From the NCBI GenBank assembly GCA_963731595.1, contig CAVSWE010000003.1, forward strand, positions 108,948-172,947: DNA of 64,000 nt, written 5' to 3'. Source of the stretch: an uncultured delta proteobacterium. GTDB lineage: Bacteria > Myxococcota_A > Polyangia > Polyangiales > Polyangiaceae. Under the pieces are notes generated by a model that saw only the letters and a program-made list of their open reading frames with translations, was not told the origin of the DNA and did no database searches. The position numbers were made by a program, and so were the translations under genes. Shown here piece by piece: positions 1 through 9,700 of the stretch. Positions within the stretch are counted from its first letter, which is position 1. Every line of letters begins with the position of its first letter.

Positions 1-45
1 GAAACCGCCTCGTCGGAGTCGTCCTCGCGCTCGCCGCGACCGCCT

Positions 46-933
46 GTGGAACGCCCTACCTCCCCGCACCGAATGCCCGCGGAGTCGCCGCAGCCCGAGG
101 GCACGAAGCACGCGCAAGGCGAGCTCGAGGGCGTTGGCCGGACCACGCTCTACTGGCAAAGCTGGCTGCCGACGAAGACGCCGAAGCGCGGCGCGCTCGT
201 CGTCATGCACGGCCTGAAAGATCACTCGTCTCGCTACGCCGACTTCGCGCACGCGCTCAACGAAGCGGGCTACGCGGTCTACGCGCTCGACGCCCGCGGG
301 CACGGCTACTCCGCCGGCGATCGCGTGCGCGTCCTCTTGTTCGACGACTACGTGATGGACTTCGACATCTTCCTCCATCGCGTGCTCGCCGACGAGGACG
401 TGCCGGTCTTCGTCTTCGGCCACAGCATGGGCGGCGCGATTGTCGCGCTCGACGACGTCATGTACCACCCCGACGTCCGCGGGATGATCCTCAGCGGCGC
501 CGCGCTCGACCCCGGCGTCTCGAGCTTCGAGATCGACCTGACGAAGACGACCGCGGCGCTCTTCCCGGACTTCGACGTGTTCAACTTGAACCTGAGCGAC
601 TTCTCGCGCGACCCCGACGTCGTGCGGGCGGGCGAGCACGACCCGCTCGTCTACCAAGGCGCGGCGCCCGCTCACATGGCCGCCGAGCTCGTCGATGGGA
701 TTCGAGCGATTCAGTCGACGATGGAGCAAGTCGACGTGCCGCTCTTGATCCTCCACGGCAAAGCGGACCGCGTGACGCCGCCGCGGGGGAGCCAGGCGCT
801 CTACGCGCGCTCGCGCTCGAAGGACAAGACGCTCACGCTCTACGGAAACATGTTCCACGATCTCCTCCACGAGCCGGAGAAGGCCCAGGTGACGAAGGAC
901 ATCGTCGCGTGGATGAACGCGCGAACGCGCTGA
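46..933 (+). CDS. alpha/beta-hydrolase, lysophospholipase / monoacylglycerol-lipase family
   Basis: ORF 46-933 (GTG start in track). HG oxyanion motif (VVMHGL), GHSMGG nucleophile elbow, C-terminal Asp/His region (KADRV...MFHDLLHE). High GC3. Frame +3 at nt 3-70 encodes a lipobox-like signal (VVLALAATAC), so the true N-terminus may lie upstream of the window or be frameshifted. Confidence 0.75.
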   Translation: MERPTSPHRMPAESPQPEGTKHAQGELEGVGRTTLYWQSWLPTKTPKRGALVVMHGLKDHSSRYADFAHALNEAGYAVYALDARGHGYSAGDRVRVLLFDDYVMDFDIFLHRVLADEDVPVFVFGHSMGGAIVALDDVMYHPDVRGMILSGAALDPGVSSFEIDLTKTTAALFPDFDVFNLNLSDFSRDPDVVRAGEHDPLVYQGAAPAHMAAELVDGIRAIQSTMEQVDVPLLILHGKADRVTPPRGSQALYARSRSKDKTLTLYGNMFHDLLHEPEKAQVTKDIVAWMNARTR

Positions 934-1043
934 CCCTGGATCCGTCGACCATCACGCGAGTGCCGCGTGCGTCGCGAGCGCCCTGGAAATAGCCGAAATC
1001 GCGCGCGGCCGCGTGTGGCGCGCGCGTTGCTCCTCTCCACGCG

Positions 1044-1571
1044 ATGGCGACCAAGCTCACAGTCCCGCGCCCCGGGCCACGCGCCGATCGTGCTGCAAAA
1101 GTGCAAGTGGAGAAGAAAACGCCGCCGCGTCCGCCCGCGACGAAGCCGCCCGAAGCGATGGCGCTCGAGGCGTCCGACGTCGTCGAAGAGATTGACATCA
1201 CCGAGCCGTCGCCGGCGCCGGTCGTCGCGCTCGAGCCGGAGCCGCCGCCTGCGCCCGCGCCGATCGTCGCCGCGCCGCAGCCGGTGATCCTCCCGCCGCC
1301 GCCCGCGCCGATCGATTACCCCACGCCGATGTGGCTCGCGCCGCCGCCGGAGCCGCCGCCCGCGCGAGCGCCGATGCGCTCGATTGCCACCAGCACCGTC
1401 TCGGAGTTCGAGCGCGACAGCATCCGCAAGTCGAGCCCGCCCGTGCGCGAGCGCCGACGGCAGCTCCAGAGGCTCGTCGCGAGCGCAGTCGGCGTCGCGT
1501 GGTTCATCTGCCTCGTCGCGCTCGGTCAGACGGCGCTCCGCACGATCCTCGCGTCGGTGTCGAGCCCCTGA
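1044..1571 (+). CDS. hypothetical Pro/Ala-rich protein with C-terminal transmembrane anchor
   Basis: ORF 1044-1571. High GC3 throughout. Pro-rich low-complexity middle (PEPPPAPAPIVAAPQPVILPPPPAP). Hydrophobic C-terminal helix (VGVAWFICLVALG). Confidence 0.5.
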   Translation: MATKLTVPRPGPRADRAAKVQVEKKTPPRPPATKPPEAMALEASDVVEEIDITEPSPAPVVALEPEPPPAPAPIVAAPQPVILPPPPAPIDYPTPMWLAPPPEPPPARAPMRSIATSTVSEFERDSIRKSSPPVRERRRQLQRLVASAVGVAWFICLVALGQTALRTILASVSSP

Positions 1572-1578
1572 GCGCCGC

Positions 1579-2370
1579 TCAAAATGAGACTTTGAACGCG
1601 AGCCCTGGCGTCGCGACCAGCGGGACCAGCGACATCGTCAGCGCCGGTCGCGGAAGCTTGCCTCGGAGGTAGCGCTGGTACGCGCTGACCGCGCCGGTCG
1701 GTGTCGTGAGGATCTGCGACTCCGTGAGGATGAGCCCGGCGACGCCGTTGCCGACCGCGTTGAGCCAGTGCGCGTCGCGGACGGCCGGATCCGTCGAGGT
1801 CGCGGCCTCGACCGCCATGATCGCGAACATCGCGCCCACGCCGAGGATCGCCGTCACTTGCGTGAGCACGCCGGTGTTGAACGACTCCTCGGCCGCGTCC
1901 TTCGCGAACAGCTCCTCGATGCGCGCGAGGACGAGGCACGATCCGGCCTCGCCGCCGCCGGTCTCACGCAAGAGCTGGTCGACGGCCGGGGCGTCGTCTT
2001 CGACGCGCAGCGCGAAGAGGAGAGAGAAGATGGGCGTGACGATCGAAAACCCCGAGACGACGAGGTTGTCGATCACGTTCGCCTCTCGCGTCTTGTCGTT
2101 GCCGGCAGCCCAGCCGATCGCCTGCGCCGCGCTCGACGCGAAGGTGGCCGTCCCGATCCCGAACCACGCCCACTTCCACGTGCGCGCGTATCGCGCTTGA
2201 TCTTGCATGACGTGATGCAAGAATTCGATGCGCTCGCGCGAGTCGATCGTCGCGAGCCTCGCGTTCGCGCCGTCGGGCACCGGGCACGTGTCGGCTCGCG
2301 CCGCCGTCGCCGCGAGAAGCACCGCGCCCGCGCACCAGCCCGCCCACGTCCGCATCGTCCGACGATACAC
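1579..2370 (-). CDS. hypothetical secreted protein (signal peptide, C-terminal Phe)
   Basis: ORF 1579-2370 minus strand. N-terminal signal-like segment (WAGWCAGAVLLAATAARA). Non-repetitive, protein-like composition. Ends ...AFKVSF. Confidence 0.5.
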   Translation of the reverse strand: MYRRTMRTWAGWCAGAVLLAATAARADTCPVPDGANARLATIDSRERIEFLHHVMQDQARYARTWKWAWFGIGTATFASSAAQAIGWAAGNDKTREANVIDNLVVSGFSIVTPIFSLLFALRVEDDAPAVDQLLRETGGGEAGSCLVLARIEELFAKDAAEESFNTGVLTQVTAILGVGAMFAIMAVEAATSTDPAVRDAHWLNAVGNGVAGLILTESQILTTPTGAVSAYQRYLRGKLPRPALTMSLVPLVATPGLAFKVSF

Positions 2371-2429
2371 GAGCGCAAGGCCGCTGACGCCCTGCGCGTG
2401 TGCTATGTAGCAGACGCACCTGGAGAAGG

Positions 2430-3533
2430 ATGGTCGACCCCATCGCCCTCGCGGTCCCGGGATTTTTCGCGCTCATCGGCGTCGAGAGCGTGGTCGCGCG
2501 CGCGCGGCGCCGGCGCGTTTACCGCCTCGGAGATTCGATCACCGATTTGTCGTGCGGCGTGTCTTCGCAAATCGAGGCGATCTTCTTCGCCGCCGCCCAG
2601 CTCGGCGTGTACGCCGCCGTCTTCGCGCGCTTCCGCGTCGCCGAGCTCCACGGTTGGCGCGCGTGGGCGGTCGCCTTCGTCGGCGTCGACTTCTTCTACT
2701 ACTGGTGGCACCGCCTCTCTCACGAGGTCAACGTCCTCTGGGCCGCTCACGTCGTGCACCACCAGAGCGAGGACTACAACCTCGCCGTCGCGCTCCGCCA
2801 ATCGATCACGACGGGCTGGTCCGCGGTTCCTTTCTATCTCCCGCTCGCCTTCCTCGGCGTCCCCCCGCTCGTCTTCGCGATCACCCACGCACTCTCGACG
2901 CTCTACCAATTCTGGATCCACACCGAGCTGGTCGGAAAGATTCGCGGTCCTGTCGAGTGGATCCTGAACCTGCCCGAGCACCATCGCGTGCACCACGCGG
3001 TCAACCCGCAATACCTCGACAAAAACTACGGCGCGACGCTCATCGTCTGGGACCGACTCTTCGGCACCTTCGCCGAAGAGACCGAGCCCTGCGTCTACGG
3101 CATCACCAAGCCGCTCCGGAGCTTCAACCCGCTCTGGGCGCAGCTTCACTATTTCGTCGAGCTGGCGCGCCGCACCGTTCGCCTGCGCGGCGTCGATCGC
3201 GCGCGCGTCTGGCTCGCGTCGCCCGCGTGGGTCGCGTCGGGCGAGGCGAAGTACGTCGCCGACCTCGCCGCGCGCGTGAAGTACGACGTCAGCCTGCCGC
3301 CGCCGGTGAAGCGCTACGTCGTTGCACAATACATCCTTTTGCTCGCCGCCACGTCGGCGCTCATGTTCGCGCACGGCGCGCTTCGTCCGGCGCAGCTCGC
3401 CGTCGCGTGCGCGGCGCTCGCCGGCGGGCTCGTCGCGCTCGGCGGGCTCCTCGAGTCCAAACCGTGGGCGCGCCCCCTCGAGGGAGCGCGCCTCGCCGCG
3501 ACGGTGCTCGCCGTCACCCTCGTCGTCTTCTGA
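2430..3533 (+). CDS. fatty-acid hydroxylase / sterol desaturase family membrane protein
   Basis: ORF 2400-3533. Second in-frame Met at 2430 gives the typical N-terminus (MVDPIALAVPGFF). Three histidine boxes: HRLSH, HVVHHQSEDYN, HHRVHH. Multiple TM segments. Confidence 0.8.
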   Translation: MVDPIALAVPGFFALIGVESVVARARRRRVYRLGDSITDLSCGVSSQIEAIFFAAAQLGVYAAVFARFRVAELHGWRAWAVAFVGVDFFYYWWHRLSHEVNVLWAAHVVHHQSEDYNLAVALRQSITTGWSAVPFYLPLAFLGVPPLVFAITHALSTLYQFWIHTELVGKIRGPVEWILNLPEHHRVHHAVNPQYLDKNYGATLIVWDRLFGTFAEETEPCVYGITKPLRSFNPLWAQLHYFVELARRTVRLRGVDRARVWLASPAWVASGEAKYVADLAARVKYDVSLPPPVKRYVVAQYILLLAATSALMFAHGALRPAQLAVACAALAGGLVALGGLLESKPWARPLEGARLAATVLAVTLVVF

Positions 3534-3536
3534 CGG

Positions 3537-4232
3537 TTACTTGAGATTGGCGACCGCGCGCGTCGCGCCGCCCATGTCGACGACCTTCGTCGAGTAGAGC
3601 GTCTTGCCCGTGTCGGTGACGATGTCGCCGCCGAGGTCGCCCCACGCGAACGCGTCGCTGTGGACGACGCTCATCGTCGCCTCCTTGCCGGCCGCGACGA
3701 CTTTGTAGGTCGTGCGGACCGCGTCGATCTTGCGACCGGCGACGTCGAGGGTCACCGGCTCGACGTCGATCGTACCGTCGTTGCGTTCGACGTTCGGGAC
3801 CGTCTTCTGGAGCGCGGCCTCGTAGGCCGCCATCGTCGTCGCGTGCTCGATGCCGTTCTCGACCTTGGTCACGTCGAGCGGGTGCTCGCCCGCGCGTGTC
3901 GTCTCGCTGCGAAGGCGGAAGGTCTGCGTCCGCGCGCCGTCGGTGATCGCGACCTCGGTCACGCTCATCGCGCCGTCGCGCGAGAGCACGCGCTGGCGCA
4001 CCGTGATCGGCTTGCCGTTGGTGACGAAGCTCGTCGCGATCCAGTCGCCCACGCCGCGGGCGTCGTTCGAGCGCGCGATGTACGGGTTCTCGTCGTCGAT
4101 CGAGTCGAAGGTCATCGGCACGACGTGCGTCGCATGAAACGCGAGCGGCGCTTCGGCGACCGGCGTCGCGTGGTGAGCGGCGCAGCCGAACATCATCAGC
4201 GGGAGGGCGAGAGCGAGTGCGATTCGTTTCAT
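3537..4232 (-). CDS. hypothetical lipoprotein
   Basis: ORF 3537-4268 minus strand. Internal Met at 4232 begins a lipoprotein signal MKRIALALALPLMMFGC. Protein-like downstream sequence. Confidence 0.55.
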   Translation of the reverse strand: MKRIALALALPLMMFGCAAHHATPVAEAPLAFHATHVVPMTFDSIDDENPYIARSNDARGVGDWIATSFVTNGKPITVRQRVLSRDGAMSVTEVAITDGARTQTFRLRSETTRAGEHPLDVTKVENGIEHATTMAAYEAALQKTVPNVERNDGTIDVEPVTLDVAGRKIDAVRTTYKVVAAGKEATMSVVHSDAFAWGDLGGDIVTDTGKTLYSTKVVDMGGATRAVANLK

Positions 4233-4288
4233 GGTTCCGCTGTCGCATTGCCCGGGCGCCAGGGCCAAGTTTTGGGTAAAGAGAGGCC

Positions 4289-5254
4289 GTGCGCCGCTTC
4301 ACCCGGTTCGTTTGGTTGGTCCTCGTCTACGACGTGCTCGTCGTGCTTTGGGGCGCGTACGTGCGCATCAGCTTCTCGGGCGACGGCTGCGGCCGTCACT
4401 GGCCGCTCTGCAACGGCGAGCTCGTGCCCCACGCGCCGCAGACGAAGATGCTCGTCGAGCTGAGCCACCGAGTCTCGAGCTTCGGCTCGCTCGTCCTCGC
4501 GGCACTCGTCTTCGTCGCCGCGCGACGCCTCTTCGCGAAGGGGTCGCCCGTGCGCCGCGGAGCGGGCTACGCGCTCGGTTTCACGCTCGCCGAGGCGCTC
4601 ATCGGCGCCGGCCTCGTCCTCTTGCGCCTCGTCGCGCACGACGTCTCGCTCACGCGCGGCGTGTCCACGTCGCTCCACTTGGGCAACACGTTCCTGCTGC
4701 TCGCGAGCCTCGCGCTCACGGCCCGCGCGTCGGCGGGCGCGCCCGCGCCGTCGTTACGCGGGCGAGGCACGCTCGCCGCTCTCGCCGGCGCGACGCTCTT
4801 CGCGGCGCTCCTCGTCGGGGCGACCGGCTCGATCGCCGCGCTCGGCGACACGCTGTTTCCGTCGCACTCGGTCGCGCAGGGGCTCGCGCAGGACGTGTCG
4901 GCGGCGGCGCCTCTCTTCATTCGCCTCCGCTCCATTCACCCGTTCATGGCGGTGGGAGCCGGCGTGCTGATGCTCGCGTTCGCGACGTACGCGGCGGCGT
5001 CGAACAAATCGCGCTCCGTCGCGCTCTTCGCGCGTCTGCTCACCGTCGCGTTCTTCGTCCAGGTCGCGCTGGGCGTGACGAACATCGTGCTCCTCGCGCC
5101 GACCTGGCTCCAGCTTCTCCACCTCGGCTCGGCCGACGTGGTCTGGGTGCTGCTCGTCTTGCTCGCGTCGAGCGCGCTCGCGGAGCCCAAGTCGTCCGAA
5201 GAGCTCAGCGAGTCGCGAGGAGAAGCGCTCGCAGAGTCTCCGCCTGCTCGGTGA
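4289..5254 (+). CDS. ctaA: heme A synthase (CtaA/COX15 family)
   Basis: ORF 4289-5254 (GTG start; AAAGAGAGG RBS-like upstream). Polytopic membrane protein with the CtaA signature HWPLCNG near the N-terminus and a second Cys/His-bearing half. Overlaps convergent gene 5205-6611 by ~50 nt at the 3' end. Confidence 0.7.
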   Translation: MRRFTRFVWLVLVYDVLVVLWGAYVRISFSGDGCGRHWPLCNGELVPHAPQTKMLVELSHRVSSFGSLVLAALVFVAARRLFAKGSPVRRGAGYALGFTLAEALIGAGLVLLRLVAHDVSLTRGVSTSLHLGNTFLLLASLALTARASAGAPAPSLRGRGTLAALAGATLFAALLVGATGSIAALGDTLFPSHSVAQGLAQDVSAAAPLFIRLRSIHPFMAVGAGVLMLAFATYAAASNKSRSVALFARLLTVAFFVQVALGVTNIVLLAPTWLQLLHLGSADVVWVLLVLLASSALAEPKSSEELSESRGEALAESPPAR

Positions 5255-6611
5255 TGGCGCGATCGTGCGTGTCGCGCGCGAGGAGCGCCATGGATTGTGC
5301 GTGACGCCACGCGAGGTTCCATAGACCGCCCGCGCGCTGCACGTCGTCGCCGACGAACGCCGCGTCGAGTCGCTTGAGCGTCGCCAGCGCGGAGGCGTAC
5401 GCGATCACGTCGCCGTAGCGCGACTCGGCGATGCGCTCGATGTCGTCGTCGTACGTGCACGGGATCGTCGCGGAGAAGGTGCGCGCCTCGCCGGTCTTCG
5501 CGTCCTTCGCGTGGGCGGTCACCGTGAACGTGAAGGCCGACCCGGGCACCCACGGCGGCACCGTCACGCGCACCACCTCGGTGCGCGCCTCGCCCGCGAT
5601 CACGTCGCCCAGCAAGAGCTCGCCCGAGTCCACGCGCCACCGCACGCCGCCGCCCGAGGTCTCGAGCACGTGCGAAGGCGCCGGCGTGCCCGAGAACGTG
5701 AGGACGACGTTCCGAAACATGAGGGCGCCGGCGGGCGGCGCCGCGAGCGCGACCGATTTCTCGCGGGTCTTGAGATCGTCGGCGACGTCGATGACGCCGC
5801 TCTGCGCGATTTGCATCGCGTCGTCGCCGCTGACGCCCGTACGCGTCGCGATGACGCTCACCGGCACGCCGGCGAGGGCGAACGCCGACGACTCGTTCAC
5901 GGCCGCGGGCGACGGCTTCACCTCGCCGTCGCTGAGGACCACGATGCGCCTGTGCGGCCCGACGCCGATGACCGATCGCGCGACGCGAAGCGCGCTCGCG
6001 AGATCGCGCCTCGTGCGCGCCGTCGTGCGGAGTCGCTTTTCGATCGCCGCCTCGGCGAGCGACTTGTGGTTCGCCGGAATGAGCGGCACGACCACCTTCG
6101 CGTCGGTCGCGTCGACGACCGCGATGCGATCGTAAGAGCCGGTCTCCGCGATCACGTCCTCGGCCAGCACGATCGAGTCGATGCCCGACCCGTCGAGCAC
6201 GATCGCGATGCTCTCCCCGGGGCGCGCGGTCCCCTTCGCCGCAGGCGACATCACGTCCACGCGAACGAGCACCTCGCCGCCCCACGAAGGAACGCGCTGG
6301 TCGCTCGGCCGCAGCGCGAACCCGAGCCCCGGCATCGCGACGACGGTGGGTCGGCTCGTCTCGGTGAACCGCCCGTCCTTGGGCAAAATGAACCCGATCG
6401 GCGCGCGCCACGGCTCGTCGACCGTCTTGCGGACGACGCGCGTCGGCACGTCCATTCGATCGCGAAACACGATCCCGTTGGCGGTCATCACGGCCGCGCC
6501 GTGCGCGCCGCTTTGAGGGAAGGTGAGCGTGCCATCGCGCCCCAGCACGGGCCCCCCGCACGCGGAGGCGGCGAGGGCGAGCGCGAAGAGGATGCTGCGC
6601 GCCGTCTCCAT
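5205..6611 (-). CDS. von Willebrand factor A (VWA) domain lipoprotein
   Basis: ORF 5205-6716 minus strand. Internal Met at 6611 begins lipobox METARSILFALALAASAC. VWA-like core (ESIAIVLDGSGIDS ... RIVVLSDGE). Confidence 0.6.
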   Translation of the reverse strand: METARSILFALALAASACGGPVLGRDGTLTFPQSGAHGAAVMTANGIVFRDRMDVPTRVVRKTVDEPWRAPIGFILPKDGRFTETSRPTVVAMPGLGFALRPSDQRVPSWGGEVLVRVDVMSPAAKGTARPGESIAIVLDGSGIDSIVLAEDVIAETGSYDRIAVVDATDAKVVVPLIPANHKSLAEAAIEKRLRTTARTRRDLASALRVARSVIGVGPHRRIVVLSDGEVKPSPAAVNESSAFALAGVPVSVIATRTGVSGDDAMQIAQSGVIDVADDLKTREKSVALAAPPAGALMFRNVVLTFSGTPAPSHVLETSGGGVRWRVDSGELLLGDVIAGEARTEVVRVTVPPWVPGSAFTFTVTAHAKDAKTGEARTFSATIPCTYDDDIERIAESRYGDVIAYASALATLKRLDAAFVGDDVQRAGGLWNLAWRHAQSMALLARDTHDRAITEQAETLRALLLATR

Positions 6612-6734
6612 GAGGAATACGTATGCCGCTTGGGAGAGCTTCCTGCAAGGGGAGGGCGGTCGGGCGTTCCCCTGCTCGTGCTTGGCCGAGGGTGCCAGGC
6701 CGCCGGCGGAGAACATCGGCGGGGGGCTGCCTCG

Positions 6735-9700
6735 TTACGCCTTCGCGTACTCCGCCAGCGCCGCGTCGCAGTCGTCCACCACCATCCGGTGCCCGTTCGT
6801 CTTCGCCAGCGCGCGAAGCGAGTGAAACGCGTGCTTCGCTTCTTCGTCCTTCCCTCGCCGCCGCAGGAGAAGCGCGCGCAAGAAGCGCCCGCTGATCACG
6901 TCCCACCAGAACTCGTTCGCCTCGGCGTACGAAATTCCCTGGTCCAGCTGTTTGTCGCCCTCGGGGTCGCCTTTGTACCCCGCGAGGTACGCGAGGAGCA
7001 TGCGGTTGTGCGTGAGCAGTCGCTCGAACGCGTATTCCTCGCACAGCGCGAGCGACTGCTGGAGCGCGCCGTACGCGCGCGCGTAGTCGTCGAGACGAAT
7101 GAGCACGTCGCCGAGGTTGTGCAGGTTGACCGCGACCTCGTAGGTGAGACCGAGCGAGCGCGCCACGTCGATCGCCTTCTCGATCTCGACGGCCGCGAGC
7201 CTGAAATCGCGCAAGAAGAAGTGGACGAGCCCGCGGAGCTTTTGGCGCTCGCACGCCGCCGCCGTGTCGGCGGGCAAGAGCTGCTCGGCGCGGTCGAGCG
7301 CCTGAATCGCCGCGGCGCGAGCGCCGAGCGCCGCGTGGGCTTGCGCGAGGTTCGTGAGGATCTTGTGCTCCTCCTGTTTGTCGCCCTCCGCGGTCGCGAG
7401 CTTTTGCATGCGCGTGAGCAGCTCGAGCGAACGATTGAAGTCGCCGCGCCGCCCGGCGAGCTCCGCCGACGCGACGAGCACCATTTTCATCAGCTCGTCG
7501 CGCCCGCCTGCCACGCGCTCGGCCTCGCTCAAGTGCGGCGTCGCCGCCTCGAACTTGTGGAGCGCGACGAGCAGGCGCGCAGCCGCGACGCGCGTTCGCA
7601 CCCGCAGCTCCGGGTCGCCCACTTTGTCGAGCCGCGCGATCACGCGCGCGCACGTGTCCTCGGCCTCGGGCGCCGACCTCACGAGACGCACGCCCGTCGC
7701 GAGCGCGTCGAGCCAGCTCGCGAGCTCGCGCGCGTCGCGCGTCGCCATGTCGCAGAGCTCGATCGCGCGCGCGTAGTCGCGCACCGCGGCTTCGAGCTGC
7801 CGCGCCTCGAGGCGGCCCTCGCCGCTCTTCGCGAAATACGTCGCGGCGAGCTCGCGGTCCCCGGACTCGTAGAAGTGCGTCGCGATGCGCGCCGCCTGTT
7901 CCCACGCGCGTTCGCCGAGCGTCTGCTCGAGCGCGAGCCCCGCGGCCGCGTGCATGTCGCGCGCGGCGTCCTGCGGGAGCGCGTCGACGACGACCTCGCG
8001 CATGATGGGCGAGGTGAAGTGAAGCTCCGACGCGCTCGTGTGTGCGAGGAAATCGGCTGATTTCAGCGACGAGAGCGATCGCTCGAGCGCGGCGAGCGGC
8101 TGGTTCAACATCCGCGCGAGCACCGCCGAATCGATGGGATCGCCGAGCACCGCCGCGGCCTGCAGCGTCGTCTTCGCCGTCGCCTCGAGGCGCGCGACAC
8201 GCGACGCGACGAGCCCGCGGAGCGTCTTCGGCAGCGCGAGCTCTTGCCCGAGCAGTCGCATCGCGACGACGCGACCGTCGGCGACGCTCACCGCGTTTGC
8301 GTCGAGCAATCCCTTGATGATCTCCTCGATGAAGAGCGGGTGCCCGCCGGCGCGCTCGCGGACGAAACGCACGAGCTCCTCCGGCGCCGTCTGCGTCCCG
8401 AGGCGCAGCGCGACGAGCCGGCTCACGTCCTCCGCCGACTTCAGATCGGTCAGGTCGATCGACACGTGCGCCGCGCCCTTCTCGAGCGGATGCGCGAACC
8501 CCTCGCGCGCGGTGAAGGCGAACACGACGCGCGCGTGCGAGAGTCGATCGAAGGACGCAGAGAGAATCGAGAAGCTGTCCTCGTCCATGTTGTGGGCGTT
8601 GTCCCACGCGAACGTGTGCGGCTTGTCCTCGCAGAGGCTCATCACCATCCGTGCGAGCGCCGAGCGAAGCGAGCTCTTCGCGTTCGCGCCCGAGTACGTC
8701 GGCACGCTCGCGCCGAGCGCCGTCAGCACCGCGCCGACCTCTTCGTCGTGGAGGCCGAGCGCGCGGAGGCGCGGCTGCACCGACGCGATGCGCTCGGGCG
8801 GGTCGCCCTCGCCAACGCCGCACAAGACCTGCAGCATCGAGACGATGCCGGAGAGCGGGTACTCGCGCCCGCGCGGCGGACACGCCGCGATGTAGAAGCC
8901 GACGTTGTAGTTGCCCTTGCCGAGCCGGCGCTCGACCTCGACGAGCAGCCGCGTCTTGCCGACGCCGTGCCCGCCTCGGATCGTGAGCACGCGCGCCTGG
9001 CGTCGCGTCGCCGAGGCGAGCACCTCGCCGATCTTGCGCAGCTCCTCTTTGCGTCCGACGAACCGCCCGAACGCCTCGGTCGGCCCGCGCACGTCCTTCA
9101 CGAGCGAGCCCGCGAGGAGCGGCGTCAGGTTCTGCCCGCTCTCGCTCGTGATCGGCTCGAACGTGAAGAGGCCCTTCACGAGGCGCACCGCCGTGCCCGA
9201 GATCGCGATGCGGCCTTCGCGCGCCCGCGCGAGATCGCGCGCAGACGCGACCAGCCCGTTCAGTCGATCGTCGTCGGTGGGCGTGCCTTCGGCCGTGACG
9301 TGGATGCGCCCCGTGTGAATGCCGGCGCTCGCGCGCGCGGCGGGACCGGTGAGCGCGCGAAGCGCGACGAGCGCGCAGCGCGTCGCCACCTCCGTGTCGC
9401 GCCCGTCCGGATCGCCGAGGCCGAAGAGCGCAGCGAGCTGATCGCTCTCGCGCCGAACGAGGGAGCCGCCGTAGCGCTCGACGATCTCCGCCGCCGTCGC
9501 CGAGACCCTCGCGTCCACGCCGCGCGGCAGCTCGACGTAGAGCGCCGTCACCTCGCGCCGCTCGCCCACGCCCGCGGCGCGTTCGATGTCGACGAAGCGC
9601 CCGCCGCCGTCGCCGCCCGCGGGGATGCGACCCGTGTCGACGCGCGCCATGGTGCTCGAGGCGGTTCGCGACGGCGGCACCTCGACGGGCGTGCGCTCTT

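Noticed and set aside
1768-3544. ORFs 1768-2967 (+), 2403-3374 (-), 2552-3544 (+)
   Set aside because: Overlap the secreted protein and sterol-desaturase genes in other frames. Arg/Ser-rich composition.
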